A stretch of DNA of 64,000 nt from Eledone cirrhosa. Its lineage: Eukaryota. Each line of letters starts with the position of its first letter. Position 1 is the stretch's first letter. Below are positions 28,785 through 42,580 of this stretch, piece by piece. The notes beneath the pieces are model-generated. The model was given only the letters and a program-made list of their open reading frames with translations, was not told where the DNA came from and made no database searches. A program made the translations under genes and the position numbers. Where the stretch lies: the NCBI GenBank assembly GCA_964016885.1, contig OZ024741.1, forward strand, positions 138,012,001 to 138,076,000. The letters run 5' to 3'.

Positions 28785-30403
28785 TAACGAAGGAAATGTG
28801 GTAAGGAACCAGATGGACCATAACGCACCAAAGTACTCAATACTTAGGGTAGTAGAGTGGGTAATAGGAACAAGTAGATCCCCGACGGCTGAGCTCAAGC
28901 CGTTTGGACGGCTAATTCTGGACTAAATGAAAGTTTTATCCTGGTAAATGAATAGCCGAACTTCTCAGGGGGTAATTCCATATATGGTAATAGTGATTGT
29001 CACAAGGATTGGTCAAAGATTTGTTGTTGAGACACATGATTCTATCATGGCATTTTGTGGAAGGTAGGGATAGCTGAACTTGCCAGTAGAAGAAAGAGGG
29101 AAAGGAAGTGGTGGAAACCCAGGGGGCTAGACAAGGGCTGAAACACCCCTCTTGCCTACTTTGTAATGGGTAACCCCTGCTACAAAGGTAGACGTAACTT
29201 TTTTGTATATATTTTCTTATATATTTTTTATCGTTTCCTCTATATTTCCTCCTTCCCCCATCCCTTCCTAGTCCTTCCACCCAGATCTCCTTCTTTGTCG
29301 TCGTTCTTTTCACCTTCTCGCCCACCCCGAGACAGCCCCTCGGTCCTCTGTCGCTTTATTTCATGATAGAATTGGCCGATTCCGCTTTTTATAGCAGATG
29401 TGCTAGACCCCAGATACTTGCTTTCTTCTCTGATTGCTACCCCTTTTTCGTGATTTCTAGATTTCTTAGTGGTATTTCTGCTTTAGTTTCTTGTATATCA
29501 GTATTTTTTGGGGGGGGAGGGGGGGGGGGGGATTCTGAATTAATTTTTCGTATTAGTTTTTCATATATATTGTACGAGCATTTATGTAGATTGGATTAGA
29601 ATTTATGTATTGTTGCAGTATTTATATATATTGTATTAGTTTTTTTATATTTATTGTATGAGTATTTATGTAGTTTCTATTAGAATTTATGTATTGTAGC
29701 AGTACTTATATATATCGTATTAGTATTCATGTTTCGGGATCCTGAATTAATATTTCGTATTAGTTCCGGGACTAATTATTATTTTGTATTAGTTTTTTTT
29801 AGTATTTTGGCCCCCCTACTTGTTGACCTGTCATTGTAAGATAGATTTGGCCGATTAATACTAACTCATAAAATTCTTTCACTACAAACTCGTATTTAGT
29901 ATTCCGTCCCACCTATTAAAATTGTCTATAGCTTAGCAGTACCAGTGAGAGATTTGATGATTGTTGAAGGGGAATAGTAACCAGAAATTGTTTTTTTTAT
30001 ATTTTTAATATTTTAAATATTTTTCTATATATTTACTCCATATAGATTTACTTATTGTTTATACTTCCTCCCCCTCCTCTTCTCTAGTATACTTTTTTCG
30101 ACCTTCTATCCTTAGAATCTGCTGTAGTTGTCACTTTCAACGCTCGACTGGGTTTCCTCCACTCTCTATCCCTCTTTCTTCTACTGGCAAGTTCAGCTAC
30201 CCCTACCTTCCACAAAATGCCATGATAGAATCATGTGTCTCAACAACAAACCTTTGACCAATCCTTGTGACAATCACTTTTACCATATATGGAATTACCC
30301 CTTCAGAAGTTAGGCTATTCATTTACCAGGATAAATATTTTATTTAGTCCACAATTAGCCGTCGAAACAGCTTGAGCTCAGCCGTCGGGGTCCTACTTGT
30401 TCC
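28785..30403. mobile_element. Non-coding inverted PLE 3'/pLTR copy related to the 4725-9482 family, with two decayed H1 ribozymes
   Basis: 29165-29600 resembles 8222-8660. Arms 28865-29125 and 30145-30403 are inverted. HHR cores are mutated (CTGAGAA/CAAA at 28880-28972; TTCAGAA at 30297-30391). (TA)n flanks. Confidence 0.8.
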
Positions 30404-30736
30404 TATATATATATATATAGTGAAAAGTTAATACATTTTAGTCCAGTGTAAGCACAAACTTAAGAAAGTGTGATATCATGAATAAATTGACCAGATGTAT
30501 GTGACCATAGTTTGTAACCACACCAACTCTAAATAAAAACACGTATGAGACAAAAATGGACCATCTCGAATAGACAAGAATCGATAGGTTTCTGGGACTG
30601 CGAGAAGGTGAATCACAAGCTGCACAATGCATACGCAAGTCGTAACTGTACATAGTTATTATTTAGCGGTGGAACTGGAGATCCTTTCCTCAGCAGGTGT
30701 TCGTTCATTAGTATCCGACGTAATTCTCCGCGCGCT

Positions 30737-30749
30737 CACACACACACAC

Positions 30750-30835
<86 letters not shown>

Positions 30836-30838
30836 CAT

Positions 30839-30868
<30 letters not shown>
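30737..30868. repeat. (CA)n microsatellite
   Basis: Direct observation. Confidence 0.97.
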
Positions 30869-30869
<1 letters not shown>

Positions 30870-33039
30870 TCAGGCATCAGGCATCTGCACTTTCCGTCTG
30901 GCAAATCTCATTTGCCTCTCACTGATCAAACAGACGCTAGAGTAGAACAAATACTCACAAGTTGCTACTTATTGGAAACTGAACCCTAAAAACCACAGTT
31001 GTTAATCGGACTACTAGCGGCACCACGGCCATACCTATGTCTACAATAGACATATTAAATAGAAAGAAACTGTTAGAATACACAGTTGACATTGTGTAAG
31101 ATATAGAATAAGAACAATGAAACGAAAAGTGAAGACAAAGTTTGGTGAAAACTTAAGTAATTTAGTGGAGAGAAAGGAAGAGGTATAATTTTTCTAAGTA
31201 AATACGAGTAAGACGATTCCGTGCAGTAATGAGAACATTTCTGAGGGTAGCATTTGTTTCTATTGATCTATCGAGAAATGTTAATAGATATATTATCCTA
31301 TCTGAGAATTTTCGATTAGCAAAGGAGAATGAATAGCCATAAGCTAATTGTCAGATATCATATTATTGATAAAAGCACATTTTGAACTCCAGACATAGGA
31401 AAGTTCGAATAATGAATTAAGTCGAAGTCTAAATAAATAACTTTAAACACGCTGCCAATGAATATGAAGACTACACGAAGCGCTTGAGGTTATGAGTATT
31501 CCAAGTTACATCTGATGTTATTTTTTTGTTTTTATTGTTTTCCTTCCCTGTATACTTAAGTTGCTTCATCCCAAAATCTCTTATAGCATATACTGACATT
31601 TTCACCTCAATATCTACTAAGATTACTAACTAGTGTATTTAGATATTTAGCATTTAACGTTCCCACACCCATATCTAATACATGTCATTCCCTGAATTAA
31701 TTGAACTACCGAATGATGGCCTTCCTCTAATATTTTATCTGATTTCCTTGTAAATACGAATTTCTCTTCCTTGAGTGTCTCATAACAACTTTAAATCACG
31801 TAATACCTCATTTCAGCCTCTATTTCCCTATCTTCTAAACATGTTTATCTATACATAAATATATGCACACAGATAACTACGTGCACACATTCATATATAA
31901 CTTTGGCAATGCTGCATTCCAGATTTCTCGTTGCTAATACTCTGAAGGTTATTAAAACATGACCAATAAATATTAGATCAGTATTTCTGTCATTGTTGCT
32001 ATGATCCATTTCTATAACCACCCTACACCACCAAAGAACAAAAGCAAAATCACGCATCTCACTATGAACGGACAAGTCCTGGTGCGACAAAATCACATGT
32101 CATAGATCCCATCAAAACCTTTCCACATTCAGCCTTATCAGGGTCGCCAGGACATTGTATAGAATAATTTGAGGTATTCGTGCCGACTCAAGGCGCTGTC
32201 TGAGTTCAAATCCCAGCAAAGTCAAGTTTGTAATTCATACTTTTCGAGAATGTCCAAAAGAAGCAATTCAGTGAAGGAGGCGATTCTGTCTCCTCTCTGT
32301 CTCCCTGTTCCTGCCCCTCTTTCGCTTTCTCTGCCTGTCTCTCTTACAGGAGCCGGTTATGATCAGACCCGAGGGAGGATAAGCTCTACCACGTTTAAAA
32401 TGCCCTACCCCCACGGTCTCTCATAAGGGTGTTCTATAACTTCATCATATTTTACGAGTCCATATATGGATACATCTCAAGGATCCTTCGGAATAGATTC
32501 CAGGTCAATGAACAGAGTGAAAGAATGCAAGGTTAGCATTTTATTAGTTTTTACTGAACATTAAATATAATTCAATTGGATAATTCTAACCACATGTCCT
32601 CAATCAATAGAAATGTTTGCTTGAATTGAAAATAAGAACTGTCTGCAGAATTATCCACCAGAGAATTATTTTTCATATCAAATTATATGTTATTCAATAA
32701 TTGGTTGTAATATTTGCATATATTTTGAAATATAGTGTTACATTATCATATGCTGCGAAAGATTTCTCAAAAGTCTTCAACACCTCGTATTTACACCGAT
32801 TAAAATCACACATTTCCCAGATATTTATTTGCTTACATTTCCAATATAAAATCAGTTTCCTTTCTAACCCATAATTACCTCTCAATGTTTAGAACTTCAT
32901 GAATCTTATATGTGAAATCCATTAATAATATAGATTAAAACTTATTTTGATTTGCACCTAACATATACAAAAATTACTTTTAGTTGACTACCACCCTGTG
33001 AATGGAATTTAGTTGAAGAGAATCTGCAGAAAACTGTCG

Positions 33040-33252
33040 TATATATATATGACATATATAAATGTATATATATATACATGTATATATATATATTTGTGTG
33101 TTTCTGTGTGTCTGTGCGTATGTATATATACATATATATACGACATATATATATATATACATATATATATATTTATGTGTCTGTCTGTGCGTGTGTATAT
33201 ATATATATACGACATATATATATGTATATATATATATATATATATATACGAC

Positions 33253-33312
<60 letters not shown>

Positions 33313-33337
33313 ATTTGTGTGTCTGTGCGTGTATATA

Positions 33338-33388
<51 letters not shown>

Positions 33389-33391
33389 GAC

Positions 33392-33422
<31 letters not shown>

Positions 33423-33535
33423 TACATATATATATATATTTGTGTGCGTCTGTGCGTGTGTATATATATACACGCACATACACACACAAACACAAACAAA
33501 CATGTGTATATATATTATGTGTGTGTCTGTGTGTC
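33040..33535. repeat. Compound (TA)n/(TG)n low-complexity array with recurring ACGACAT and TGTGTCTGTGCG modules
   Basis: Direct observation; source of the YI-rich ORFs. Confidence 0.92.
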
Positions 33536-33826
33536 GATGTCTGTTTACTATATGTACTAAACAACTTATAAAATGTATAAACACGTGGATGGGCGTGATC
33601 GAAGTTAAGGTGATGCTCCAGGGTGTTCGCACTTAATCGGCTGAAAGGTGTAAAGGAATAAAAGAATATTCACATAAACGTCAGATCATGGAAACTTACT
33701 TCACATTTTAAATGTTTCTTGTTTCCCTTTTTCAACTATTCATGAAACTTACATTTCTATTATATTAAAAATACATTAATAATAATAAGATATTAGATAT
33801 ATTTTGAATCTCTCTCCCTCTCTCTT

Positions 33827-33885
<59 letters not shown>

Positions 33886-33890
33886 ATTAT

Positions 33891-33921
<31 letters not shown>

Positions 33922-33922
<1 letters not shown>

Positions 33923-34445
33923 CGATATTAAACAAATGGAAACTATATTTATAAAACCATATTTATTTCATTATACATATTTCGGGGATACCATATTAAA
34001 AATATGGCATGCCTTCTTCAGATAAAATACAATATAAAAACAGTTTTATAAATAATTTTGACGGTGCCCCAGCATGGCCTCAGCCGGATGGCTGAAACAG
34101 GTAAAAGAGTAAAAGAGAGTACCATAAATATTGAGCAACCGTTATGTAGGAAGCCGCTTTGGTAGTGAGATGTTTATAAATATTTAGTCTTAAGCACAGT
34201 TAAAAAGAAAGACGGAGAAAAAGAAGAAATGTATGTAAAGAAAAACAGAGAGAAATAGAGAAAGATAGGGGAGAGAGAAATAGTGAGGAGGTGAAAAAAG
34301 AGAGGCAGCTAAAGGCAACAGATGAATAATAATAATTCATCATACAAATTGAGAGATTTAGGAGGGAGGGAGTACTGTAATTATTTAGTTATAGTGTTAA
34401 GGACAGTTAGGGAGGAGACGGAGAGAAATAAATAAAACTTTTGCA
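33922..34445 (-). mobile_element. Non-coding PLE-type repeat (family H3), with a short RTE/SINE-type 3' tail inserted at ~34063-34120
   Basis: Homologous to 43827-44267 and, in reverse complement, to 54835-54972. The insert TGCCCCAGCATGGCC..GGCTGAAAC..GTAAAAGAGTAAAAGAG is absent from the 43.9-kb copy. Confidence 0.7.
33964..34029 (-). ncRNA. Type I hammerhead ribozyme (family H3)
   Basis: TATTTTAT-CTGAAGA-aggcATGCCATATT ttt AATATGGTATcccc-GAAA-TATGTA-TA-ATGAAATA; 8-bp stem I. Confidence 0.75.
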
Positions 34446-34509
34446 TATATATATATATATATATTTTATATATATATACACATGTACACACATATATATA
34501 TATATATAT

Positions 34510-34594
<85 letters not shown>

Positions 34595-34609
34595 TATACA
34601 TATATATAC

Positions 34610-34676
<67 letters not shown>

Positions 34677-34854
34677 CACAGACACACATAAAAATACATT
34701 AATAATAGTAAGATATTAGATGTATTTTGAATCTATCTCCCTCTCTCTTTGTATATATATATATATATATATATACAAAGAGAGAGGGAGATAGATTCAA
34801 AATACATCTAATATCTTACTATTATTAATGCATTTTTATGTGTGTCTGTGTGTA

Positions 34855-34945
<91 letters not shown>

Positions 34946-34994
34946 GTGAGGTTTTTTTTACAAATTGAAAAATAACCGAGGTGTCCTACACGAG

Positions 34995-35295
34995 TGAAAG
35001 TATAAAGAGAAAGAGAGGAAATCGAAAATGCAACTTGAGTCTTATTTAAAAAATATATATATATTTATTTATTTGGTTCCTTTACCGGTTTCGCAGTTCT
35101 TCTGCTTTTCTGTGAGAAAAACCACAGACCCTCCATCTCAACTCTACTTTTGAAAAACCACAGACGCTCCATCTCAACTCTACTTTTGAAAAGCATAAGA
35201 ACTGCGAAACCGGTAGAGGAACTAAATAAATATATATATATTTTAAAAAAAAATAAGACTCCAGTTGCATTTTCGATTTCATCTCTTTTTCTTTA
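34995..35295. mobile_element. Short diverged inverted-repeat element with a minimal HHR (family H4)
   Basis: Arms ~35004-35110 and ~35188-35295; 36-nt-period direct repeat in the centre; (TA)n nearby on both sides. Confidence 0.65.
35183..35218 (+). ncRNA. Minimal type I hammerhead, U3-A8 variant (family H4)
   Basis: CTT-TTGAAAA-GCA taagaac TGC-GAAA-CCGG-TA-GAG. The inverted arm reads GCAGaagaaCTGC-GAAA-CCGG-TA-AAG. Confidence 0.55.
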
Positions 35296-35298
35296 TAT

Positions 35299-35329
<31 letters not shown>

Positions 35330-35431
35330 CATATATATATATATATACATATATATATACATATATATGTATATACATATATATATATATATATACATAC
35401 ACACAGACATACACACACACACACACACACA

Positions 35432-35519
<88 letters not shown>

Positions 35520-35525
35520 TATATG

Positions 35526-35594
<69 letters not shown>

Positions 35595-36632
35595 CTATAT
35601 ATATATATATATATAGATATATAGATATATATATATATCTAGATATATATATATATATATAGATATATATATATGTATATATATATTTATTATATTATAA
35701 TATCACTTCTTTTAATTTTGAAGCCACTCAAATAAGTTCGAAGTTTGATAATATTCATATAAACTTTGCGCTTGAAAACGTACGCCTCTGTTGAAACTAA
35801 CTTTTCTTTGAAGATTTACATGTTTTACATTTTCACAATCTGAATGTTTGGCCTCTTTTTAAAACTTGTTTAATTGTTAATTTCGTTTTCTATTCTTCAT
35901 ACCCTTTGCATGGTTTTGATTTACTCGAATATACATTTTTCAACAGACTTTAGTTCCTTCCACATATTTTCTTTCTATTTACTTAATATACATAGATATT
36001 TTAGTGAACAGTAATATGTCTTATAACTTCTTTCTTCTGCTTTTTATTGGTATAATTCCACTCACCATTCATTGTGCATGCGAGATCAAGCGATGTTACA
36101 GAGATCAGACAAAAACTACTTCCGAAATAGTTACCTAACAGAAATACATTTACTCATTACTGTAAATGTTTTGTTCATTCATGTGAAGTTAGTAGATCAT
36201 TGCACAATGTTTGCTAAATGTTGTTTTTTCAACTTAACAGGAAAATAAATACACGGAAATTAACTAATGTGTATTTAATAGGTGGGAATAGAAATAAATA
36301 ATTTAAAGTCATAGGTTATCAGGTGGAGATTGAATCAGAGGTGGATTTGCCAAATATACAAATATTTATCAAATATTCCCTTTTATGAGTGTTTCTCTTT
36401 AAAATTACTCTTTGTTGGTCTCTAGTTCCTTATAAATTTATTCATATATTCATTAGTTTTGACTTAGGAGGTATGCCAAGATTTTCAGAGCAACGGAAGG
36501 AGGGCGAGAGAAAAGGAAAGGGAGAAAGAAGGAGGGGGGGGGGCTGAGAGTATAATCTACATTGTGCATACTTTTCAATATTTTGTTTGTTGTTCAGATT
36601 TCAAGTACCAAATAGAATTGAACTGAATACCC

Positions 36633-36783
36633 TTCCTTCTTCTTCTTCTTCTTCTTCTTCTTCTTCTTCTTCTTCTTCTTCTTCTTCTTCTTCTTCTTCT
36701 TCTTCTTCTTCTTCTTCTTCTTCTTCTTCTTCTTCTTCTTCTTCTTCTTCTTCTTCTTCTTCTTCTTCTTCTTCTTCTTCTTC
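36633..36783. repeat. (TTC)n microsatellite, probable (GAA)n tail of the adjacent LINE fragment
   Basis: Pure TTC run. Confidence 0.97.
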
Positions 36784-37060
36784 TACTTATTCCTGAGAGG
36801 TTCGTGGGGACAGAGTCAGCAACTACACGTTCCAGCGATTCTTGTAAAAAGCAACCGTTTCCAATTGATCCGGCTGGATCCCCAAGCGAGACCGGCCGAG
36901 CTCATGGATGTTGTCCCACTATTTTTCTTGGGCTTACCCCTGGGACTCCCGTCGGTTGATTTTGCCCATAAAATCTGTCCAGTGATTCTTTCCTGAGAGA
37001 TTCTAATCACTTGCCCGTAATGCCGCAGCTATGACCTCTCAATTTGGTGAAGTAACGGCT
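36784..37060 (-). mobile_element. Degenerate 3' end of an RTE-like LINE
   Basis: Minus strand QLRHYGQVIRISQERITGQILW..G.PRGKPKK resembles the RTE ORF C-terminus (LRW.GHV.R..RPRGRP); ends in (GAA)n. Confidence 0.6.
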
Positions 37061-38320
37061 ATACCAAGAATGGCTTTCTATTCACCGAGCTATATATTCT
37101 ATCGAGTAACGTTACTCAAAAGACCGTTCAGAGGAAACATATTTCGGCCGCTTGTGTTCCCGTTTAATATTGGATGGAACCACATAACAAAATATTTATT
37201 TACTGAAACAAAGGCATGTTGTCAGACTTCCGTCTATTTCAAAGTCATGTGTTATATACACATTTATTTTAGTGTGGACGCAGAAGAAAATACGTGCTAT
37301 GTGAGATAAATAGGGAGTAACATAAGCAAGAATGCCTTTGAGGGTGAGTACGCTTGTTGTTTGAAGGACGTAACAGAGTGCTCCTGAAACTAAGGTATTA
37401 GGATCATGAGAATTCCGTAGACACGGATACACGTAATACTTCTCAGAAGGATTCAGCCAGACATAGTCCTGACAACGCGGGATATTTTAAATAGGCGTAA
37501 CAATCTACTTTCGCCAGTTCAGTGGGCTGGAATAAAGTGCCGTACTCACTATTTTCCATACACTATAGCGTTCTTTATAAAACATTATCGACATGATATG
37601 CAATGTAGTCATAATTCTCAGTGAAAATATTTCATGCTAAAGATAAGAATGCTTTGAAACGTAGATGTGAATAATTCGAGCTAACATGTTGCTAAAAACA
37701 AAAAGTATTGTGAATTTGAAATAAAGCAAAGATAAAATAAAGCAAAGAATTTTGTACAGCGTTCTCATGATTTTGCCAATCCTCCGCCTTTATTTTATCA
37801 TTAAATAGGATGATGACATACAAAAATACTGATATACATAAACGCAAAATTATTATCCAACAGATTCGTGTTGATTACCTTAAATTTCCTTTCATACTTA
37901 AAAAGTAGCGAAAAATGTCAAGTTTAATAAGACATTTAATATTTCAAAGACTATAGAAATGGAGTAAAGAATAGTTAATTTAATCTATGTTACCGTTTGA
38001 AGAATCTCATGAAATGTAGTATACTGTCATAAATTTGTTTTGAAATCTAGGAAATTGTTATAAATCTTTTATAAAATGTGAAATATTTAATAAAATTATA
38101 ATAATTGAAAGTAGTAAACAAGTTTAATAGAATTTAACGGTGTGTCAATTGGACTACAAACAAACACACACAGACGCATACATAGACAACACATACATAC
38201 ATACACACATATACGCACACACTCATATTTATTATATATATATATATATGTAAAAAAGAAAATGTTCGCTCTACATGGCTGAATACAATAAATGTAATCT
38301 GAGTTTTTAGAATATTGATA

Positions 38321-38480
38321 ATTGTTTCTACTTTTGGCACAAGGCCAGCAATTACCCAGTATATCCGTAAGGATGAAAGGCAAAGTTAACCTCGGCGGGA
38401 TTTGAACTCAGATCGTAAAGGGAGTAACTACGCTGGAAAGCATGTCTGACCCTCTAACGATACTGCCAATTCACCGCCCT
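38321..38480 (-). mobile_element. SINE S1 (internal deletion)
   Basis: S1 head and tail; GAATATTrATAA duplicated at the flanks. Confidence 0.82.
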
Positions 38481-38495
38481 TTCGAATATTAATAA

Positions 38496-38672
38496 TTATT
38501 TCTACTTTTGGCACAAGGCCATCAAACACCAGTGCATTACTGGTACTTTATGTTATCGACCCCGTAAGGATGAAAGGCAAAGTGACCCTCGGTGGGATTT
38601 GAACTCAGACCGTAAAGGGACGTAACTATGCTGGAAAGCGTAGCGTCCGACTCTCTACCGATACTGCCAATC
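38496..38672 (-). mobile_element. SINE S1, full length
   Basis: A/B boxes, core and tail. Confidence 0.88.
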
Positions 38673-38864
38673 CTTGCCAATCCTAATAATAACATTCGAT
38701 TCGTTTGCAATTATGCAAACAAGCCTCAATTTGGCATGTGAACAGAACTGCATGCCAACACAAGAGCAAGAATGAAGGGTTCATTCTACTGATATGGCTA
38801 TAAAATTGAGGCTTGTTTGCATAATTGCAAACTAATCGAATGTTATTATTAATATTCGTATAAT

Positions 38865-39049
38865 GGGCGGTGGATTGGCAGTATCGGTAGAGAGTCGGAC
38901 GCCATGCTTTCCAGCATAGTTAGGTCCCTTTACGATCTGAGTTCAAATCCCGCCGAGGTTGACTTTGCCTTTCATCCTTACGGGGTCGATAAAATAAAGT
39001 ACCAGTAATGCACTGGGTAATTGTTGGCCTTGTGCCTAAAGTAGAAACA
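38865..39049 (+). mobile_element. SINE S1, full length with 18-bp TSD
   Basis: TSD ATTATTAATATTCGTATA at 38845-38862 and 39050-39067. Confidence 0.9.
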
Positions 39050-39062
39050 ATTATTAATATTC

Positions 39063-39102
<40 letters not shown>

Positions 39103-39149
39103 ATATAATATAATATAATATATATATATATATATATACATATATATAT

Positions 39150-39311
39150 AACGAAGGAGATGTGGTAAGGAGCCAGATGGACCATAACGCACCACAGTAC
39201 TCAATACTTAGTGTAGTAGAGTGGGTAATAGGAAAATGTTTGACCCCGACGGCAGAGCTCAAGCCGATTCGACGGCTATTTCTGGACTTGAGCTCTGCCG
39301 TCGGGCTCAAA
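39150..39311. mobile_element. Miniature inverted fragment of the H1 PLE terminus
   Basis: 39150-39285 is the reverse complement of ~9345-9482; followed by an inverted 25-nt copy of the HHR stem III/I half; (TA)n flanks. Confidence 0.75.
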
Positions 39312-39312
39312 G

Positions 39313-39350
<38 letters not shown>

Positions 39351-39485
39351 CCATCGTTTAACGGTATGATTCTTCAATAGTATGATTCTTGTGATCAAGT
39401 GAAAGAAAATCTAAAACCGACAAGTTTCATGTTATTGAATTAACTATTGTATTAACTAAACCAAATGAATAACAAAAAGAAAAAA

Positions 39486-39518
<33 letters not shown>

Positions 39519-39719
39519 CACTCATATACGTATATATATATATATATATGAATGTGTGGGTGAGTGTGTGTGTGCGTGCGTGTATGTGTGTGTGTGTCTG
39601 TCTGTCTGTCTGTCTGCCTGTCTGTCTGTATATATATCTGTATACATATCTATATGTTTAGGATTTAACTGGATATCATGAATGTTTAAATACTTAAAAT
39701 CACCAAATATATAAGCGTT

Positions 39720-39797
<78 letters not shown>

Positions 39798-41214
39798 TAC
39801 GTATTTCGCCGGAGATTTTAAAAAAAGTAACGATTTGTTATATCTATTTATCGTTTATATGAAAATCGCAGTTTGATGCATGTACTGGTAAAATAGATTT
39901 AGGATTGATTTCATACCTAGTGCAATACCCAGATGTTGGAGCTTATTTGTATTGTAAGGTATATATTTTCAATAGATATACAATTACACCGTCTCTGTAA
40001 AGAGTAAACGCAGTTTTCGAAGCAAGGTTGTACGTAAGTATAAAAATAATAACCACATTCACTATTTGAAGAATTTAGAGATTATGAAATCAAACAATGT
40101 GACAAAGCTATATCGTAGATACGGGATTAAAATTCACCTGATGGACTTCGAAACATACTTTGAACAGACGTTGCCCCTGTTATGGGAAACTATTGGAGGG
40201 AAAAAGTTTCGCGTAAACCGGAGCACGGTTTCCCGAGATACAGAGTCTTTGCGGGTACCTTCATAAATAGAGAGAGAGGTAAAGATAGAGAGAAAGAGAT
40301 AGTGGTTGTGAGAGAGAAAATTGAAATAGAAACAGAGAGAGAGAGAGAGAGAGAGAAGGAGAGAGAGAAAGAAAATGGAAGAGAGCGAGAGAACTGTAAA
40401 CATTATTTTTAAGTGAACATAATTAAAAAAATATATTTTAAAGTGAACCTTACCCAACGGGTCACGGATGATCTAGTGTAATCTAAAGTTAATAAACAGT
40501 ATTCATCATCAGCTAAAGTTAAATGGAGACCAGCCGGAAACTAGAATATTCTTCCTATTTTTTCTGTTCAGGAACCATGTATAGTAATTTGCTGCCCTTT
40601 TCGCAACATAGTATACATTTTATGCATATGTTTAATACAGAAGCAATAACGTATTTCAAATACACTAAAAAACCGTATAGTGTAATATTCATATATACAA
40701 TGCCGAACAATATGTTTTAGCCACGAACATCTTAACCACACAGCCATGCATGCCTCTTCCTATGTGAGGGCTCCCATATACATATTGGCTCTTCACTCTT
40801 GATGGAATCCAGGGTCACCATGGTGACATGCTGTACGTCATGAGCATTTAAACCTGAATGGGTCCATCAAACACCAGGTCTGAACATAACCAATTTCGGA
40901 ACGAGATAGAGCACGCGAGAAAGAGATTAAAGCGAATAAATCAGCCCCAGGTGTAGTCCTTTATTTATCAACATCAAAAGAATGCATAGAAAAGGTGATA
41001 TCGACACGAGTTGTACTCTTGATGCAGGGAGCCGTAACGGAATCTGAAACCATACTACCCCTTTATCGAATTAATAACTCGGTTCATTAAATCTAGTGCC
41101 ATAATATCCAACCCAATTGTACAGGATGAGTGGTAACATCTCCCTGTTTAAACTTGTTAATAACTTTATTAATTATTGGTCGATTTTCATAAACATTTCA
41201 TTTTGCTCAGTATA

Positions 41215-41500
41215 ATGGTAAAAGTACTCTATAGGTATGAGCCTTGTTCACCAATATTTGTAATCGTCTGAGTATACCTTCGACTGATTTAGTCAGTAAA
41301 TCAGATGGTATGTTGGTCAATACACTAAGAATGCATTCCCCCAATTGAAACAGAGGTTTTGGTTTTGAGCTATAAACTTCGCACGACGTTAAGTCAGGGC
41401 TTATTGCTGACCATTCATGTGGACCTCGACAACTCAACCAACGTCCTGGAAATTGAACTCCAAGCCACTCAAATACAGGTTGAGTAAAATAAGTAGGGGT
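41215..41500 (-). pseudogene. Tc1/mariner-superfamily transposase C-terminal relic
   Basis: V.EWL..NFPGRWLSCRGPHEWSAISPDLT..VYSSKP..L..IP..L..RRL matches the WP..SPDL.P motif region. Confidence 0.7.
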
Positions 41501-42498
41501 TCAAATCATACATGACTATGAGGTCATATGAGGTCCCAGGTAGTAACAGTAGGTTAAAAATTCTAAGCAATTTTCAATAAGGAGTTTCTCACCACCCACT
41601 ATATATATAAAATGTATCAAACGCTTACATATTAAATGATTAATAAGACCATTATTCATGATGATGTCCTAACTGTAATGTGTAGTTATGATTTGTTGTA
41701 AATTAACAGTCAAGTTCAACTGTTTTGAAACAGTATAAACATCGCCGTTTGGTTGTCATTTGATTAATAACATATTTATGCATCTTAAAATAACATAATG
41801 TACACAACTGTATCTCCCTAATAAAATGTGTGCAATTATTTAAAATTTGCGTTCATTATATCTAACTCCAAAAACGCCGACCCGAATTCCATAGGGTCAG
41901 ATGTATATATTTCCCTATTGGCCTCCGTTTTAGTTTGGTACACAAGGGTAAATTCCTATGATAGGTAATTTAAATATTGGTTCATATATATAACAGAGCA
42001 ATGCGTATTGAGAGACATAAATATTTTTATTTATTATTTCAATGATGCTGGGTCTTTCCCACCGACAATTTCATAACGAACCAAATAACAACCACTTTAT
42101 TTTATCTACAGATATTTGCTGGTAAAACATTGAATATATTCTGATATTATCTAGAAGTCTATGCATACATAATGATTTTAAAAGTAATGGGTTTGTAAAC
42201 ATTGTAATCTATATACGTATGTTTAATATGTAAAATATTTACACATTAATATATAATGTGTATTATTTAATAAAACATAATATACATACATATATGTATG
42301 AAATATAATATATATATGTGATACACAATATACATAAACACACACTCACATATATACATATATGTAGTTAAATATATATCGTTTTTCTCGCGTAGCTAAA
42401 TAATTTTATATATATATTCAAGTAAGTAAAATTTGTTCCCAACATTTAAGAGTATGTATTCACACATACACGTACACATACATACATAGGTACATATG

Positions 42499-42499
<1 letters not shown>

Positions 42500-42532
<33 letters not shown>

Positions 42533-42580
42533 TGTATGTATGTATGTATGTATGTATGTATGTATGTATGTATGTATGTA
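42500..42580. repeat. (TATG)n microsatellite
   Basis: Direct observation. Confidence 0.95.
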
